Source of the DNA: a virus | Taxonomy: Duplodnaviria; Caudoviricetes | Virus record (IMG/VR): IMGVR_UViG_3300036814_000177 | Span: 1-59,332 of that record | Reading direction: 5' to 3' (one strand) | DNA: 59,332 nt | Shown: piece by piece, positions 1 to 9,422 of the stretch | How the letters are laid out: the number at the start of each line of letters is the position of its first letter | How positions within the stretch are numbered: position 1 is the first letter of the stretch | Position numbers and translations under genes: made by a program | Notes under the pieces: generated by a model | Databases searched by the model: none | Seen by the model: the letters and a program-made list of their open reading frames with translations, nothing else | What the model was told of the DNA's origin: nothing

Positions 1-150
1 ATTGAGGTACGCCTGACGGAACACTAGGTCTTGCCAGCCCTCATGCGGCCTGTTCCATTTGAACCGCACCGTCTCGTAGCCTAGGCTCTCATCAAGCCCA
101 TAACCTACAGGGTAGATGGCGAAGGGCGCAATCTCTACGTCCGTGCCGTC
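1..150. repeat. Terminal direct repeat copy 1 (circular-assembly overlap)
   Basis: 1-150 is identical to 59183-59332 except C127 vs T59309. It lies inside a reading frame that is continuous across the junction. Confidence 0.97.
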
Positions 151-1275
151 GATGGTCTGTACGATCTGGTTGCCTGTCCACTTGAAGGGATGCGGTGGCT
201 CTATCCTCTCCGCGTCAGTCTGGTCAGTGACCATCTCAACGGCTGCGTACTGCCGACCACACTGGGCGGGGGAGGTGATCTTCCCCTTGAGGGCGCACTT
301 GTCGCAGCCCTTAGCCCTGTGATCCTCAAACTTCTTGCAGGTGGTTGGACCCGTAGTCCGTGCTTGCCACTGGTGCAGCTTGCTAAGGGTGTTAGCCTCG
401 TTGTAGTCGGGGTGGCCCTTGCTCCAGTTCTTGGCTACATCGTCGGGGTTCCCGCAGTGCGCGGCGACACCGATCAGGCCATACCACAGTGGCTCCTCCA
501 CCTTGTCTTGATGGTCCACAGCCCAGCGTACCTGCTGGCACTGGTTATAAATAGTGTCGGCGTTGGCTGGCTGGTAGTCCTGTTTAATCTCCAACGCCTT
601 GCCTAACGCCGACACTGGCGCGACCATGCTCGGTACTTGTGTGACCGATCCTGTCACCCCCACAGGTGTCGCGCTCCCCAATATGTTCTGGAGCGTTTGC
701 TTATCATATGAGGGGGCGTCCATAAGGACGCGTACCTCTTTACCGTTCTTCGGATTGTGTGTACCTACTGGGCGCAGCACCCTTGCGCTGTCTGCCGTGA
801 CACTGGGGTCGAAGTCGAAGCGGTTTACTTTGAAGGTGGCCTTGAGTGCATCGGCCAGCGGTTGCCACTCAGCCTTGGGTAGAGCCTCGCTCAATACCCA
901 GTACACATGGAGGCCACGCCCGGATGATACGACCATCGGCTTCGGCATCCCTGTGAGTTCAAGGAATTTCAGTAGGGCAGCAAGCCCGTCTTGCTGGTTC
1001 TTATACTCATGCTTCTCATCATCAACACAGTCAATGTCGAGGAACAGAACCTTGGTCAGCTTGGTGTTGGATTGAGTACGGTTGAACCGTGTATTGAAGG
1101 TGGAGGTGGCGTAGTATGTGTTGTTCCCTGCCTGATCGAAGCGTTGGCAATTCTCTGCGAGTTCTTCCACCGTACCGAAGAACACTTGCTGCAGTGCTGA
1201 TCCACTGTTGATTACTATTGCACTGTAGAAGCCTTCGGATGGGAGAACACGCTGCAAAAACTCTAGCGTATTCAT
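1..1275 (-). CDS. N-terminal part of primase-helicase (AEP/RepB-like primase domain); continues across the circular junction into 59182..57593, about 954 aa in total
   Basis: Missing from the ORF track because it runs off the edge. ATG at 1275 follows GCAGGGA. It translates MNTLEFLQRVLPSEGFY...LFLDIDC...VVSSGRGLHVYW...DSARVLRPVGTHN (AEP DxD, SGxGxH and R-LR-P motifs) plus a Cys-rich C..CDKC segment. It is in frame with 57593..59251. Confidence 0.9.
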   Translation of the reverse strand, partial: MNTLEFLQRVLPSEGFYSAIVINSGSALQQVFFGTVEELAENCQRFDQAGNNTYYATSTFNTRFNRTQSNTKLTKVLFLDIDCVDDEKHEYKNQQDGLAALLKFLELTGMPKPMVVSSGRGLHVYWVLSEALPKAEWQPLADALKATFKVNRFDFDPSVTADSARVLRPVGTHNPKNGKEVRVLMDAPSYDKQTLQNILGSATPVGVTGSVTQVPSMVAPVSALGKALEIKQDYQPANADTIYNQCQQVRWAVDHQDKVEEPLWYGLIGVAAHCGNPDDVAKNWSKGHPDYNEANTLSKLHQWQARTTGPTTCKKFEDHRAKGCDKCALKGKITSPAQCGRQYAAVEMVTDQTDAERIEPPHPFKWTGNQIVQTIDGTDVEIAPFAIYPVGYGLDESLGYETVRFKWNRPHEGWQDLVFRQAYLN

Positions 1276-1337
1276 TCTATTCCCTGCCTTTTTGTGTGTA
1301 TCAGGGGGGTGGGACACCACCCCCCGAACACAAGATA

Positions 1338-1622
1338 CTACTCTTCTTCTTTTGTCATTTCAAGTAGCGTATCAAACCTGTCCTTGGGGACCATACCGAT
1401 CACTTCCGGCATGGGCCATTGGTGGCTCTCGATCACCACGAACATCTTACGGAGCGCGATCCTAACCTTGGCATCGTTCCCCTTGCGGATGGGCTTACCT
1501 TTAGTCCAGCCCGAATATGTTACCCGCGACACACCCAGAAATTTAGACATCTGGGTTGTGTTGAGCAGCATATGTTTCCGCAGTGCCTCCACCTTGGTGA
1601 AGTCGAGTGCGGGATTAGGCAT
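1338..1622 (-). CDS. XRE-like helix-turn-helix DNA-binding protein
   Basis: LRKHMLLNTTQMSKFLGVSRVTYSGW is an HTH pattern. Overlaps the upstream gene. Confidence 0.75.
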   Translation of the reverse strand: MPNPALDFTKVEALRKHMLLNTTQMSKFLGVSRVTYSGWTKGKPIRKGNDAKVRIALRKMFVVIESHQWPMPEVIGMVPKDRFDTLLEMTKEEE

Positions 1623-2577
1623 CGTCAGCTACCTCCGCCATCAGTGCAGTGATCTCATCGGCAAGGCCAGCGGTGCTGGCATCAGCGACGGGAGCAGGTT
1701 TAGGTTCTTCTGCAACAGGTTGTGCAGCGGGTGTCGCCACTGGCTCCGGAGCCGGGGCAGGAACCTCGACAGGTTTACCGAATGTGGAAACTGGGGCAGC
1801 GGGTTCCTCAACAGGAACTGCAACAGGTTCTGCTACGGGGGCAGCAATCGCAGGGGCAGGTGCTGGCGCACCAACCGTGATCTCACCCGTGATCTCCTTA
1901 ACCTTCTGCGTACCATGCAGCTTGTCCACCGCAACTTGGGTAGCCTCATCAATGAAGCCACCGAAGCCGAACTGCAACTTGGGGAAGGAGGCAGCGGTAT
2001 CAAAGGAGATCACAGTCTTGACAATCTCCGGCGCGATGCCACGCATCTGTAGTTCCCGGTTGTACTTGTTCAGCCCAGTCAACGCAGCCGGGGTAACTTC
2101 CAGCAGGTAGATGGGGCCAGTCGGGTCAGTGGCAGCAACAACAGCCAGCCGCTTCTTATCGGCACAGGCTTTGATGTCTTTGCCTTGGGCAGTTTTCTTA
2201 CTACCCCATGCGTTCTGAGGGCACGATGCACAGAGGTCGTTCTGTGGTTGAGTGCTGTCAGCAGCAGGACGAGTACCCTCAAGGGTGTAGCAGTCGGGAG
2301 CCTTGGCCTCTGCATCAGGGTTCCACGCCGTAGCATAGAACGCCTTCGAGATGCCGGGGTTAGCACCGACCACAACAACTTCCAGAGTGGGGTCTTCCAG
2401 CACAGTCTCGGCACCATCGGCTACAATGCGGAAGCGCGATGCCTTGATGGAGATACGGGGGAAGTCTGTCCCCGTGCTTAACCCGCCGCTAAGATCAGCA
2501 GCGAGGGCAGATGGTACACCGACACGCTCCGCAAGGTGGGCGGGTACGTCGATGTTAATCGGCACGATATTACTCAT
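1615..2577 (-). CDS. Putative ssDNA-binding/annealing protein
   Basis: PRISIK...APDC...CASCPQNAWGS...KAC pattern, a Pro/Ala-rich linker and an acidic C-terminal tail (EVADDA). Located in the replication cluster. Confidence 0.6.
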   Translation of the reverse strand: MSNIVPINIDVPAHLAERVGVPSALAADLSGGLSTGTDFPRISIKASRFRIVADGAETVLEDPTLEVVVVGANPGISKAFYATAWNPDAEAKAPDCYTLEGTRPAADSTQPQNDLCASCPQNAWGSKKTAQGKDIKACADKKRLAVVAATDPTGPIYLLEVTPAALTGLNKYNRELQMRGIAPEIVKTVISFDTAASFPKLQFGFGGFIDEATQVAVDKLHGTQKVKEITGEITVGAPAPAPAIAAPVAEPVAVPVEEPAAPVSTFGKPVEVPAPAPEPVATPAAQPVAEEPKPAPVADASTAGLADEITALMAEVADDA

Positions 2578-2579
2578 AG

Positions 2580-2795
2580 CTATTTCTTCCTTCTGGTTTC
2601 GCCCATCTCTTGGGCAGTGAACATCTCTTGCTGAGTACCAATACCCAGCTTCTCTTTGGCGGCAGCAGCTATAATAAGTTCTGCTATACCTGTCGCATCA
2701 GCAGCGTACGAGACGGAGCGTATGCTACCCGCTGGTCGGGTTAGCTCCACTAAGAACCCGTTCTCAATCTTGAAAACTTGTACGATGGGTTCCAT
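2580..2795 (-). CDS. Hypothetical protein
   Basis: Part of track ORF 2580..2882. The likely start is ATG 2795 (MEPIVQVFKIENGFLVEL), just after the upstream stop. Confidence 0.6.
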   Translation of the reverse strand: MEPIVQVFKIENGFLVELTRPAGSIRSVSYAADATGIAELIIAAAAKEKLGIGTQQEMFTAQEMGETRRKK

Positions 2796-2799
2796 ACCC

Positions 2800-3204
2800 C
2801 TAAGCCTTCTTTGTTGGTCGTCGTACTGAGACGCTGATCTTTGTGCCGAAGTTAACTCCGGCGGGGATGGCTCCGTCTGCATCTAGGTACTCCCTTACTG
2901 CTTTCTTATTCACTGCCTTGTTCAGCAGGTCATAAGCATCGTTGGTCTTGATGAAGTTCAGCACGGCGTCCCAGTCGCCCACGCTAGCGAAGTCAGCGGT
3001 GGACATGAACGCTGTACCCTCGTCAGTCTTGAAAGACTTTACACCAGTCTCATCGGACTTGGCTTGTATCCAAGCCTCAAGTTTCTGCATCTTTTCTTTG
3101 ATGGCTGCAACTTGTTCCTTAACATCAGACTCAATGGCCTCCTTCTGACCACGGAGCGTGATGTACGTGCCGATAACTTTATCGACGGTTAATGCTTCGG
3201 ACAT
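2800..3204 (-). CDS. Conserved phage replication-region coiled-coil protein
   Basis: 134 aa with a CAGGAG RBS. Coiled-coil N-terminus and a C-terminal IPAGVN motif typical of this gene slot. Confidence 0.7.
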   Translation of the reverse strand: MSEALTVDKVIGTYITLRGQKEAIESDVKEQVAAIKEKMQKLEAWIQAKSDETGVKSFKTDEGTAFMSTADFASVGDWDAVLNFIKTNDAYDLLNKAVNKKAVREYLDADGAIPAGVNFGTKISVSVRRPTKKA

Positions 3205-3207
3205 AAC

Positions 3208-4758
3208 TTACTCCTGTTCTTGTTGTATCAGGTCTAACAGCAATCCCTGTAACCGCTGCTTAGTTTCGAGACGCTTGTACATCTTGCGCTCTAATGTCGT
3301 GGCCTCTATGTGAACCACGTTGGTGACATGCCGCTTGCCAATTCTCTCGACCCTCCCGTTGGCTTGGACATACTGTTCGTTGCTTGTTATCGGGCCGTAC
3401 CAGATGATGGACTTGGCCGCTGTCAGTGTCAGCCCGTGTGCCATCGTGGCAGGGTGGGCTATGATAATCCGTGGCTCGGTGCGCTCTTGAAACCCTTGAA
3501 AGATTACGTTCCGTTTCTTTGCGCTGACCTCTCCGTTAACTATACCCACGGTGTAATGTTTTGCTAGCTCTTTATGTAGCATATGTAAAGTTCCTGTCAA
3601 GGGTACAAATACAATTACTTTACCACCGATCTCTTCGATGGTATCAAGAACCGCTTGAACCCTAGGCTTACAGTCAATCTCTACGTTCTCACCTCGGTCA
3701 TTATATGCCACGCCACAGGCTATTTGTATCAGCTTCTGCAACTTAACAGCCTCGTTAACTGCGGTGATCTGCTCCCCGTTGGCTACGTCAGTGATGAAGG
3801 ACTTCATCATCTTGTCGTAGTGCATCCGCTGATCCTTCGTAAGCTCTACCTTACGTGTCTGGAACACAGTGTCGGGGAGGTCGAAGCACTCGTCACGAGT
3901 GAAGCGCACCGCAGGTTGGAGAACATGTTGTACAGTAGTGAGCGCACCGGGACGAGGAACCCACGACCACTTGCCAAGTTTCTGCATGACCTGATCGCGG
4001 AAGCTGCCGAAGGTGCGGGGTGCGTATGGGCTATCAACCAGCTTGGCCAAGGCCCACGCATCGGTGGGATTGTTGGGGGTAGGTGTCCCGGTCATCATCC
4101 ATAACTTGACATCGGGGTTGTTGTCCATCCACTTGCGGAACAATCTGAAACGTGTTGTGCCGGGGGTGCGGTAGACAGCAGCCTCGTCCACGATTACCAA
4201 GTCGAACATACCGTGGCAGTCATCGGAGATGATACCGAACCCATCATGGTTGACGATGTAGAAGTCAACGTCCGTCTTGAGCAACTGCTTGCGCTTCTTG
4301 GCCGAGCCGTGGAGGACAGCGTGTTGCCTATGGATGAACCCCTTGAAGATTGCATCCCCCCAGACACGCTCCAGTGTGGACAGTGGAGAGACGATGAGTA
4401 CCTTGTTGATGACGCCCTGCTTCATGAGGTAGTCAGCCGCCCACAGTGCGCTCTGGGTCTTACCCGTACCTATCTCGTTGAGGACCAAGGCTTTGTGGTT
4501 CATGGTGAGGAAGGCAGACGTAGCCTTCTGGTGTTCGTAGGGGGTGAAGTCCCCGACCCAGTCGTAGTAGTGCATGATGGGAGCCGGGGCTTTGATGCCT
4601 AGGTTCCGTAGAACTCTGACCTCTGCGGGCTTATGCGGCACGACCACAAGGTCAGCACCATGTAAGGTTACGCGATGAGCAGAGGGTATACACTCTGTAA
4701 CACGTTGTGGATTGTCAAGTTTCAAGGCAATGGCTTGGGCCTCTTCGACTACAAGCAT
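3208..4758 (-). CDS. SNF2-like superfamily 2 helicase
   Basis: Motifs EIGTGKT, IVDEA, MTGTP, AHGLTL and QANGRVERIG. Confidence 0.92.
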   Translation of the reverse strand: MLVVEEAQAIALKLDNPQRVTECIPSAHRVTLHGADLVVVPHKPAEVRVLRNLGIKAPAPIMHYYDWVGDFTPYEHQKATSAFLTMNHKALVLNEIGTGKTQSALWAADYLMKQGVINKVLIVSPLSTLERVWGDAIFKGFIHRQHAVLHGSAKKRKQLLKTDVDFYIVNHDGFGIISDDCHGMFDLVIVDEAAVYRTPGTTRFRLFRKWMDNNPDVKLWMMTGTPTPNNPTDAWALAKLVDSPYAPRTFGSFRDQVMQKLGKWSWVPRPGALTTVQHVLQPAVRFTRDECFDLPDTVFQTRKVELTKDQRMHYDKMMKSFITDVANGEQITAVNEAVKLQKLIQIACGVAYNDRGENVEIDCKPRVQAVLDTIEEIGGKVIVFVPLTGTLHMLHKELAKHYTVGIVNGEVSAKKRNVIFQGFQERTEPRIIIAHPATMAHGLTLTAAKSIIWYGPITSNEQYVQANGRVERIGKRHVTNVVHIEATTLERKMYKRLETKQRLQGLLLDLIQQEQE

Positions 4759-5054
4759 CTTAGGTACTCCGCTACTTCCTCAATAGTCTCATCGTCGTAG
4801 ACCACAAAGCATTTACCACCAGCCCGTTCGATGTCGCCCATACATTTTACCTGTAAGTCGGTGGGCTTCTTAGTCTTATCAGCCTTCGCCTCTATCCCTA
4901 TGAAATGCCCTCCTGCACAGACAATACGGTCAGGGATACCCGCCGACCCAAAGGGGCCAGACTGGGGAGGGAACGACCACAGCCCGTACTGAGTAAAGTC
5001 CCCCAGCATCTTGTTAAGTTTCTTCTTGATCTTACCTTCGGGTGTCATGCCCAT
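4749..5054 (-). CDS. VRR-NUC domain nuclease
   Basis: TPEGKIK...GIPDRIVC...FIGIEAK...TDLQ pattern, with an AAGGA RBS. Confidence 0.88.
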   Translation of the reverse strand: MGMTPEGKIKKKLNKMLGDFTQYGLWSFPPQSGPFGSAGIPDRIVCAGGHFIGIEAKADKTKKPTDLQVKCMGDIERAGGKCFVVYDDETIEEVAEYLRCL

Positions 5055-5068
5055 AGTTCTATCCTTAC

Positions 5069-5084
5069 TTTACATTAGTGTCAA
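5069..5084. promoter_or_regulatory. Palindromic operator-like site TTTACA-N4-TGTCAA
   Basis: Intergenic ACTTTACATTAGTGTCAAGT. The same architecture occurs at 9426-9441 and 17950-17965. Confidence 0.55.
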
Positions 5085-5087
5085 GTT

Positions 5088-5744
5088 TTATCTGAACTCA
5101 CACTGGGATTGCGCCAACGGACACCAAGGGCATAGGCCGCTTGGCTTAGCGGGCCACTGGTCTTTCTCAAGGGAGTGTTCAATACGTTGCACCTTGGTCA
5201 TCAGGGCTTCCCATATAGCTGGCGCATCCTCTCGCTTGTACACCTCAGTGTCCATCACCATATCCTTGAGCCATATGAAGGTGGCCCTTACGGTCTGGAC
5301 TTCGGGGTACAGTTTGAACACAAGTATGGCGAACAGTTCTAACTGAAAGAAGTCGGGGCGATGCTTACCTGTTTTCCAATCCGCAACGACTGCGCTCTCG
5401 CCATTGATGATAAGGATGTCCAGCTTGGCGCGGAGCCATGCGTCTGCATCCCACCACCCAGTAGGCTCAAGCTCCTTGTTGAGCGTGAACTCCTGCTCTG
5501 CAACAAGTTGTCCGGGGAGTGACGCGAAGGCTTGGACCAGGGCTTCGTACTGTACGCTCTCGGCTGGCAGGGCAGTGTCACCCTTGAGACACAACTCCAA
5601 CTGCTCATGGATACGGTTGCCATAGATGCTGGCCTCCCCAAAGGAAGGCTTAACTTCGCGGGTGATCCGTTGCATCTGGTACTGCTTCGGACAGTTCTCG
5701 TACTGCTTGAGGGCAGAGTAGCTGTGAGCTAAGGGCTTGTTCAC
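5088..5744 (-). CDS. PD-(D/E)XK (Cas4/RecB-like) exonuclease
   Basis: SYSALKQYENCPKQY, GNRIH, LDILI...DWKTGK, QLELFA and C-terminal LCPWCP...C. Confidence 0.88.
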   Translation of the reverse strand: MNKPLAHSYSALKQYENCPKQYQMQRITREVKPSFGEASIYGNRIHEQLELCLKGDTALPAESVQYEALVQAFASLPGQLVAEQEFTLNKELEPTGWWDADAWLRAKLDILIINGESAVVADWKTGKHRPDFFQLELFAILVFKLYPEVQTVRATFIWLKDMVMDTEVYKREDAPAIWEALMTKVQRIEHSLEKDQWPAKPSGLCPWCPLAQSQCEFR

Positions 5745-7909
5745 TTACACTCTCCGTAGTTATCACCCACTGCGCTCTCGCAAGCGATGGGTAGTGTGGT
5801 TGCCCATGATGGAGGGGTACTCATTATCTCCTCCACAACTTGTTGTGCAGCATCAGCACCCTCCGACGACGTGCTGATAATGATCTCATCATGCACTTGG
5901 AACACAACGTGGTAGTGCTGTCCCACCGCAGTCATCTGGTCTGTTATAACTATACGAGCGAGGGCTTGGATGAGGTTCTCAGTCACCTTCCCGCCGTATA
6001 TGTTTGCCCACGCAATAGTCTCCCGCTTGCCTGAAACCTTAGTCTCTATGAACTTGCGGAACGCCCTTGCGTCAGAGATGTATTCAAACCCATCCTCGTC
6101 AGAGCGCAGTGCATTATACTTCAAGAGCATACCATTAGGCAACTCAATACCCTCCGGGCCGTAGCCTATGAAGCCACCGATCACACCTTGCTGACCCGCA
6201 ATCATGTCACTCAGCACGTTGTCGCACCGTGTCCACAACGCCACGATCATGGGGTGCTTGTCGCGGTACAGATAGACAATACGCTTGGCCTCACCCTCAT
6301 GTATATCCACACCTCCCTGCTTGAGGGTGTCGGTGAACTTGATGAAGCCCATGCCATAGCCCAAGCCAAGGATGCAGGTCTTACCTACGAACCGTTGCTC
6401 CTTGGTAACCTGTGCCACGGCGATGCCGTAAACAAGGGCGGCGAACTCACTGTATACGTCACGCCCCTCACGGAACGCCTGCACCAAGTCATGCTGCCCT
6501 GCAACATGTGCTAGCATACGTGCCTCTATCTGGCTCGAGTCACAAGCGATCAGCTTCTGTCCATCGGGCGCAGCTAGGGCGGTGCGTATCACGTTGTTGG
6601 TACGGGCGGGGAGGTTTTGGAGGTTGAGTTTATCCCCACCGCTGAACCGTCCGGTGTGTGCGCCGTAGTATTTGAGCATGATGGGGAGGGGGCCACGCTT
6701 GGAGACAGCGATCAGACGCTCAGTGCGCTTCTCCTCAATGGTACTCTTGACCCCTAACCTGACCTCGGTAACAGCCGCGACCGCTGGGTTGGGGTGGTTC
6801 AGTAAGTCCTTCATCCCTTGGTCTGTCTTGGCAAACGCAAAGGTATCCTTACCTGTGGTGGGGCTGACCTTATAAGGTATCGCTGCCCCCATAGCTGTGA
6901 GTAGGGCGGCGAACTTCATGTTGCTGTTGAGTGCCTTCTTTGCAGCCTCTGGGTCACCGCTGCCCAACTTGTTGAGCAACGTCAGCTTGCGGTCTTGCTC
7001 CGACTTCAGGTGGGCTTCCAGCTTATGCCTGTCCAACTCAATGACAGGCTCAGTGTACATACGGATGGTCTGGTCAATAACCATCAACTCCGACACCGGG
7101 AAATCCTTCTTCAACTTCTTGAATAGCTTATACGTTAGCTCCGTGTCGTTGCAACAGTACCCACCGTAGGCGTTGATCTGTGCTTTAGTGAAGTCCTTGC
7201 GCCTCTTATCTAACGCATCTATGACCTCTGTGCCCTTCTCACCTAGGCCAAAGGCCAGCACCAAAGCCTTGAGGCTACCACCTACTGTGACACCACACGT
7301 AGGCTTAGCCATCGACAGTGTATCGAACCAGAACTTTGGCCTGATGTTGAAGTGTTCCGCTAGGATCAGCCCGTCGAAGGCTGTGTTGTGGCAGAGGATG
7401 GCCTTGTCGGTGTAGTCCAACGAGTTGAGGAACGTGTGCGGATCACTGCCGGTGTACCAGTCAGTCTCACCATCGTTGACCTTAACGCTGACACCGATCA
7501 CCTCAAAGCGATCATCCCTGACGTACTCCTCCGTTGTCATCTTACCAAGGCTGTAGTCCTTGGCGTAGTAAGTTTCAAAGTCGATTGTTACGATGTCCAT
7601 CTGCTTCCTCGCTGTTGTTGGTTGGGGTACGCGTAACTGGTACTCCCATAAACCTGTGATCCTGTTACCTCTTGGCCTCTTGTCTATTGTGTGGCTACCA
7701 AACCTACGCTTCCTTAGGTGGCGTAGCTGGGCCGACACAGACGCAGGGGGATCACCTGTTAACTTTGCTACTTCATCGAGTGTTCTCCATGAGCCACAGA
7801 TCATAGCCTTATGCACACGATGTAGCTGATTAGCTAACCGGGCGTAGTCGTAGGTTGGGTCATACACTGGGCCGTTGAAATGCGCACTCACGTCCGGTGC
7901 ATCCATCAC
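5741..7909 (-). CDS. Family A DNA polymerase with 3'-5' exonuclease, fused in frame to an N-terminal HTH domain; internal start at 7600
   Basis: Exonuclease motifs DFETYY and HNTAFD. Polymerase motifs HTGRFS, NLQNLP, DSSQIEAR, KTCILGLGYG and VHDEI. A GAGG RBS precedes ATG 7600. Confidence 0.93.
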   Translation of the reverse strand: MMDAPDVSAHFNGPVYDPTYDYARLANQLHRVHKAMICGSWRTLDEVAKLTGDPPASVSAQLRHLRKRRFGSHTIDKRPRGNRITGLWEYQLRVPQPTTARKQMDIVTIDFETYYAKDYSLGKMTTEEYVRDDRFEVIGVSVKVNDGETDWYTGSDPHTFLNSLDYTDKAILCHNTAFDGLILAEHFNIRPKFWFDTLSMAKPTCGVTVGGSLKALVLAFGLGEKGTEVIDALDKRRKDFTKAQINAYGGYCCNDTELTYKLFKKLKKDFPVSELMVIDQTIRMYTEPVIELDRHKLEAHLKSEQDRKLTLLNKLGSGDPEAAKKALNSNMKFAALLTAMGAAIPYKVSPTTGKDTFAFAKTDQGMKDLLNHPNPAVAAVTEVRLGVKSTIEEKRTERLIAVSKRGPLPIMLKYYGAHTGRFSGGDKLNLQNLPARTNNVIRTALAAPDGQKLIACDSSQIEARMLAHVAGQHDLVQAFREGRDVYSEFAALVYGIAVAQVTKEQRFVGKTCILGLGYGMGFIKFTDTLKQGGVDIHEGEAKRIVYLYRDKHPMIVALWTRCDNVLSDMIAGQQGVIGGFIGYGPEGIELPNGMLLKYNALRSDEDGFEYISDARAFRKFIETKVSGKRETIAWANIYGGKVTENLIQALARIVITDQMTAVGQHYHVVFQVHDEIIISTSSEGADAAQQVVEEIMSTPPSWATTLPIACESAVGDNYGECK

Positions 7910-8397
7910 CCCCTCCGCTTACGCTCAGCATGGATCATGTGGATAGTCTCAGCGTACCCAGCGATATCGTCGATGGTGTCCTTGTGATCAGGGGTGTGGA
8001 CGAGGCGGCATATCTTGAGCCATATCATCTCCAGTGCGAACCGTACCTCATCGTCCTTGCACTTGTCGGTGACAGCCTTACCCCACTGTGCATCGCGGAA
8101 GTTCTCAAGGGGTGAGCCGTATATCTCTCCCTTCTCTGCAACAAGTTGCTGAGTGTCACGCCTCGTATGCGACACGGGTGTCGCCGGACGTTCAACAGGC
8201 TCGGCGGGTATCGTAGCCACGCTCTCCTTCTCCTCCAGTGCTTTCAGCCACCGCTTGGCGTTGTAGATGGTGTACATTGACACACCTGTTATGTCAGCTA
8301 AATGCCTAACATCCATGTGCTTCTTCTTGGGGTGACGTTTGACAGCGGCTAATGCCTTCATGAACTTCTTACTCTTGTGTTTAATTTTCTCACTCAT
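7906..8397 (-). CDS. HTH plus DUF6378/Nmad1-like nucleotide-modification-associated domain protein
   Basis: N-terminal HTH (VRHLADITGVSMYTIY). C-terminal GEIYGSPLENF...LKICR...HKDTIDDIAGYA. Confidence 0.65.
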   Translation of the reverse strand: MSEKIKHKSKKFMKALAAVKRHPKKKHMDVRHLADITGVSMYTIYNAKRWLKALEEKESVATIPAEPVERPATPVSHTRRDTQQLVAEKGEIYGSPLENFRDAQWGKAVTDKCKDDEVRFALEMIWLKICRLVHTPDHKDTIDDIAGYAETIHMIHAERKRRG

Positions 8398-8597
8398 GTG
8401 ATGTGTTCCTTTGCCTTAAATGCTATGAAAAGTTTGGCTAACTCAGGGTCAGCCTCGATTGCGTACTCCATGAACCTCAACATCTTGTTGAGTTGCTCAA
8501 CGTCTAGGGTATTCTGGTGGGTAGTGTGGCTCTCTATGCTAGACGCACCTATTAACCCGCCGACAGTCAATGTCTTATTCCCATACACCTCACTCAC
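8394..8597 (-). CDS. Hypothetical protein
   Basis: Coupled by 4-nt overlaps to both neighbours. Confidence 0.6.
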   Translation of the reverse strand: MSEVYGNKTLTVGGLIGASSIESHTTHQNTLDVEQLNKMLRFMEYAIEADPELAKLFIAFKAKEHIT

Positions 8598-9031
8598 AGC
8601 TTGTACTCCGCTACACCTAAGTCACAGTGGGGGGAGTATTCGTTGGCTACTGCAACAGCTTGTGCAGCGTCAGCACCCATCGCAAGCGCACCATAAGCGA
8701 ACTCTCTGCCCTCACCAAAGGCACACTTATCCAGCCCATGTGTAATGGGTATTTGGGAGGACTCGTAACGATACAGTCCTTGGATGGGGGATACCACGAT
8801 GAAGTGGCAGGGGTGTGTGGTCTGTATAACAGGGAACTCACTGGGTTTATACCCTTCCTTGAACCACTCGCGCATGGCTAAGATAGAGTGTAGGGGGCCA
8901 GAACCTGTTAGGATAAGTCTGTCCTCCCCCTCCCCATAGTACCACGCCTTCTCTGTTTTCCACTGAGTCTTGCCATCACTGGCGGCACGATCAGTAGCAA
9001 GGATGTCTCCATCCCATACGATGATTGTCAT
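8594..9031 (-). CDS. HslV/proteasome-beta-like Ntn hydrolase
   Basis: Starts M-T-I-I...LATD, giving an N-terminal Thr. Has a Lys in EKA and AFGEGREFAYGALAMGADAAQAV, which resembles the GSG..A.G helix. Confidence 0.65.
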   Translation of the reverse strand: MTIIVWDGDILATDRAASDGKTQWKTEKAWYYGEGEDRLILTGSGPLHSILAMREWFKEGYKPSEFPVIQTTHPCHFIVVSPIQGLYRYESSQIPITHGLDKCAFGEGREFAYGALAMGADAAQAVAVANEYSPHCDLGVAEYKL

Positions 9032-9237
9032 TTAGGGTACTCCTTCTTCTCGCATTTAGGATTGGTGAAATGGTATGAGCCTAGCCCCTCCCCTAGGTGG
9101 GTGATCCTGCGTCTTATGATGATGCTACGCACCACCCTACACGCTTCAAAGGTGGGGTAGGGGTTGCCCTTGACCGGGAGCATACCGTAGGCTTGCATGT
9201 CAATAAGCCACACCATCAGCACATATTTAATTATCAT
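9028..9237 (-). CDS. Hypothetical protein
   Basis: ATGA coupling on both sides; hydrophobic N-terminus. Confidence 0.55.
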   Translation of the reverse strand: MIIKYVLMVWLIDMQAYGMLPVKGNPYPTFEACRVVRSIIIRRRITHLGEGLGSYHFTNPKCEKKEYPK

Positions 9238-9422
9238 TCTATATCCCCGTCATCGTCAGGCAGTTCGTCTACACCGGGGATAATCTCCTTGTCCTCTGGC
9301 CCTAGTACCACAGGCTCCCCGTATGTGTTAAGTTCTTCTTCTTTTGCGTAGAATTTTCTACGGATTTCCCTTGCTTTCTTTGTGAAATCTATGCTTCTAA
9401 ATATTCCTTGGATCATTACCAT
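9234..9422 (-). CDS. Hypothetical protein
   Basis: TAATG coupling with an AAGG RBS; acidic C-terminus. Confidence 0.55.
   Translation of the reverse strand: MVMIQGIFRSIDFTKKAREIRRKFYAKEEELNTYGEPVVLGPEDKEIIPGVDELPDDDGDIE

Noticed and set aside
1-150. Terminal repeat as a physical T7-like direct terminal repeat or att site
   Set aside because: It interrupts an essential ORF mid-frame and has a read-length-like size, so an assembly overlap is the simpler explanation.
1303-1326. GC-rich hairpin before the primase gene as a terminator
   Set aside because: There is no adjacent U-tract on either strand, so its function cannot be assigned.
5088-5744. Cas4-like nuclease as evidence of a CRISPR-Cas system
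   Set aside because: It is a solo PD-(D/E)XK nuclease beside the polymerase, which is ordinary for phage replication modules. No other cas genes are present.
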